This document shows positions 63,050 through 64,000 of a stretch of 64,000 nucleotides of DNA, piece after piece. The stretch spans positions 35,032,001-35,096,000 of the forward strand of contig NC_087436.1 of assembly GCF_036321535.1 (NCBI RefSeq), written 5' to 3'. The position numbers and the translations under genes are program-made. Positions within the stretch are counted from its first letter, which is position 1; each line of letters begins with the position of its first letter. Source of the DNA: Camelus dromedarius. Taxonomy: Eukaryota. Below the pieces are notes generated by a model that had not been told where the DNA came from, did not search any database, and saw only the letters and a list, made by a program, of their open reading frames with translations.

Positions 63050-63400
63050 CTAAACTTTTCCTTTCTAACCCATCAAGCATATGCTGCCTTTGTTTATCTT
63101 CTAAATGCTTCTAAAGAGGAGTTTGAGTTGTATTATTCCACTGTCTAAAAGTTTGCAGGGCTCTTATTTTTCCATAGCTATGAATACCCTTGTCAACTTG
63201 GCATTTAGGCCCTGTAACATGGATGTCAATTACTTTTCCATTCTTACCTATAACTGTTTATCAATATGCATGCTGTTTCCACTAAATTGGACTATTTACC
63301 CTTTCCTGAATACTCCCAATGTTCTCTCCAATGTTATCCTGCCTTATTCTGTTCTCTCCAACTCTCTAGTGATTCCTGCTGCATAATACCTTTGGTAGGA
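63050..63400 (+). mobile_element. L2 fragment
   Basis: 'tatcttctaaatgc', 'ttggcatttaggccct', 'tggactatttaccctttcctgaa'. Confidence 0.5.
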
Positions 63401-63704
63401 TGTGATCCCACCCTCTCACTTGGATCTTTATTACTGTCTGTATTTGTCCTATAACGTTCTACTACAAATCTTACTTATTTCTGAATAGTGTGGTAAGTGT
63501 GGTAGGATGAGAATTGAACCTTGGTTTTCTCAACACATAAAATTAGAGTTATAATATAGACCTCACAGATCTTTTTAAATAAGGTAGTGAATTAGTATAA
63601 TTTTGGTTATATTTATTAACTTTTAATAGTATTTTTCACTTAAATATAAGGGCATTGAAACATTGAAAGTTATTGAAACATTCATTCCAAGGTCTCTCTT
63701 TAGT

Positions 63705-64000
63705 GACATTCATTTCTTTATTCAGAATTTTTTATTATTAATCTTCTACATGTTAATTTCTTATTAGATCACCAAACAGAGTAAGTTGGTGCTTTTGTGG
63801 AACATTCACTAAAGAGGGAGAAAGAGACAATACGGGGAAAAAAATACTATAATGTTTATAATAAAAAGCATTATACAAAAATAAATCAGGACAAGAGATA
63901 AAGAGTGACTGGCAGGGGTGGCACTGTAATTTTAGGTAAAGTGGTCAGAGGACATCCTTCAGGCAGTCAGCCATTTTAGCAGTGACCTGAGTCACTGCAA
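63705..64000 (-). mobile_element. L2 (L2a-like) 3' end, running off the window
   Basis: 'cattcatttctttattca', 'gtgcttttgtggaacattcact..agagggagaaagagacaata', 'gtggtcagaggaca', 'ttagcagtgacctga'. Confidence 0.7.

Noticed and set aside
1..64000. CRISPR arrays, operons, CpG-island promoter, processed pseudogene or foreign (non-mammalian) insert
   Set aside because: No repeat-spacer array, no long ORFs, CpG is depleted throughout, and the isolated A/T tracts (about 17843, 37017, 52907) lack a recognisable mRNA body or TSD.

Overview
AT-rich mammalian non-coding DNA (intergenic or deep intronic). It is most likely from a camelid (camel, alpaca or llama): it carries a tRNA-derived SINE with the camelid-type ATAAATAAA..CTAATTACCT tail and a young L1 with a camelid-type 3' UTR, and I saw no Alu, Bov-A/BovB, PRE1 or CAN-SINE. 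I found no supportable protein-coding gene, RNA gene or CRISPR array. Every ORF in the track that resembles a known protein is a decayed LINE-1 ORF1/ORF2 fragment. A large share of the window is interspersed repeat: L1, L2, MIR, MaLR/ERVL/ERV1 LTRs and hAT DNA transposons, with a deeply nested stack at about 21.8-30.1 kb. The most notable observations are small-scale. They are an apparently twin-primed L1 insertion made of only a poly(A) tail plus an inverted ORF2 piece, a young tail-less L1 with a perfect TSD, a perfect 67-bp tandem duplication, a 22-bp palindrome/CArG box inside an old LTR, a divergent pair of CTCF motifs and an HNF4/FOXA-type motif cluster. I see no evidence for a new biological system. 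Repeat family names come from recalled consensus sequences, not a database search, and most boundaries are approximate unless TG..CA ends, TIRs or TSDs are quoted.
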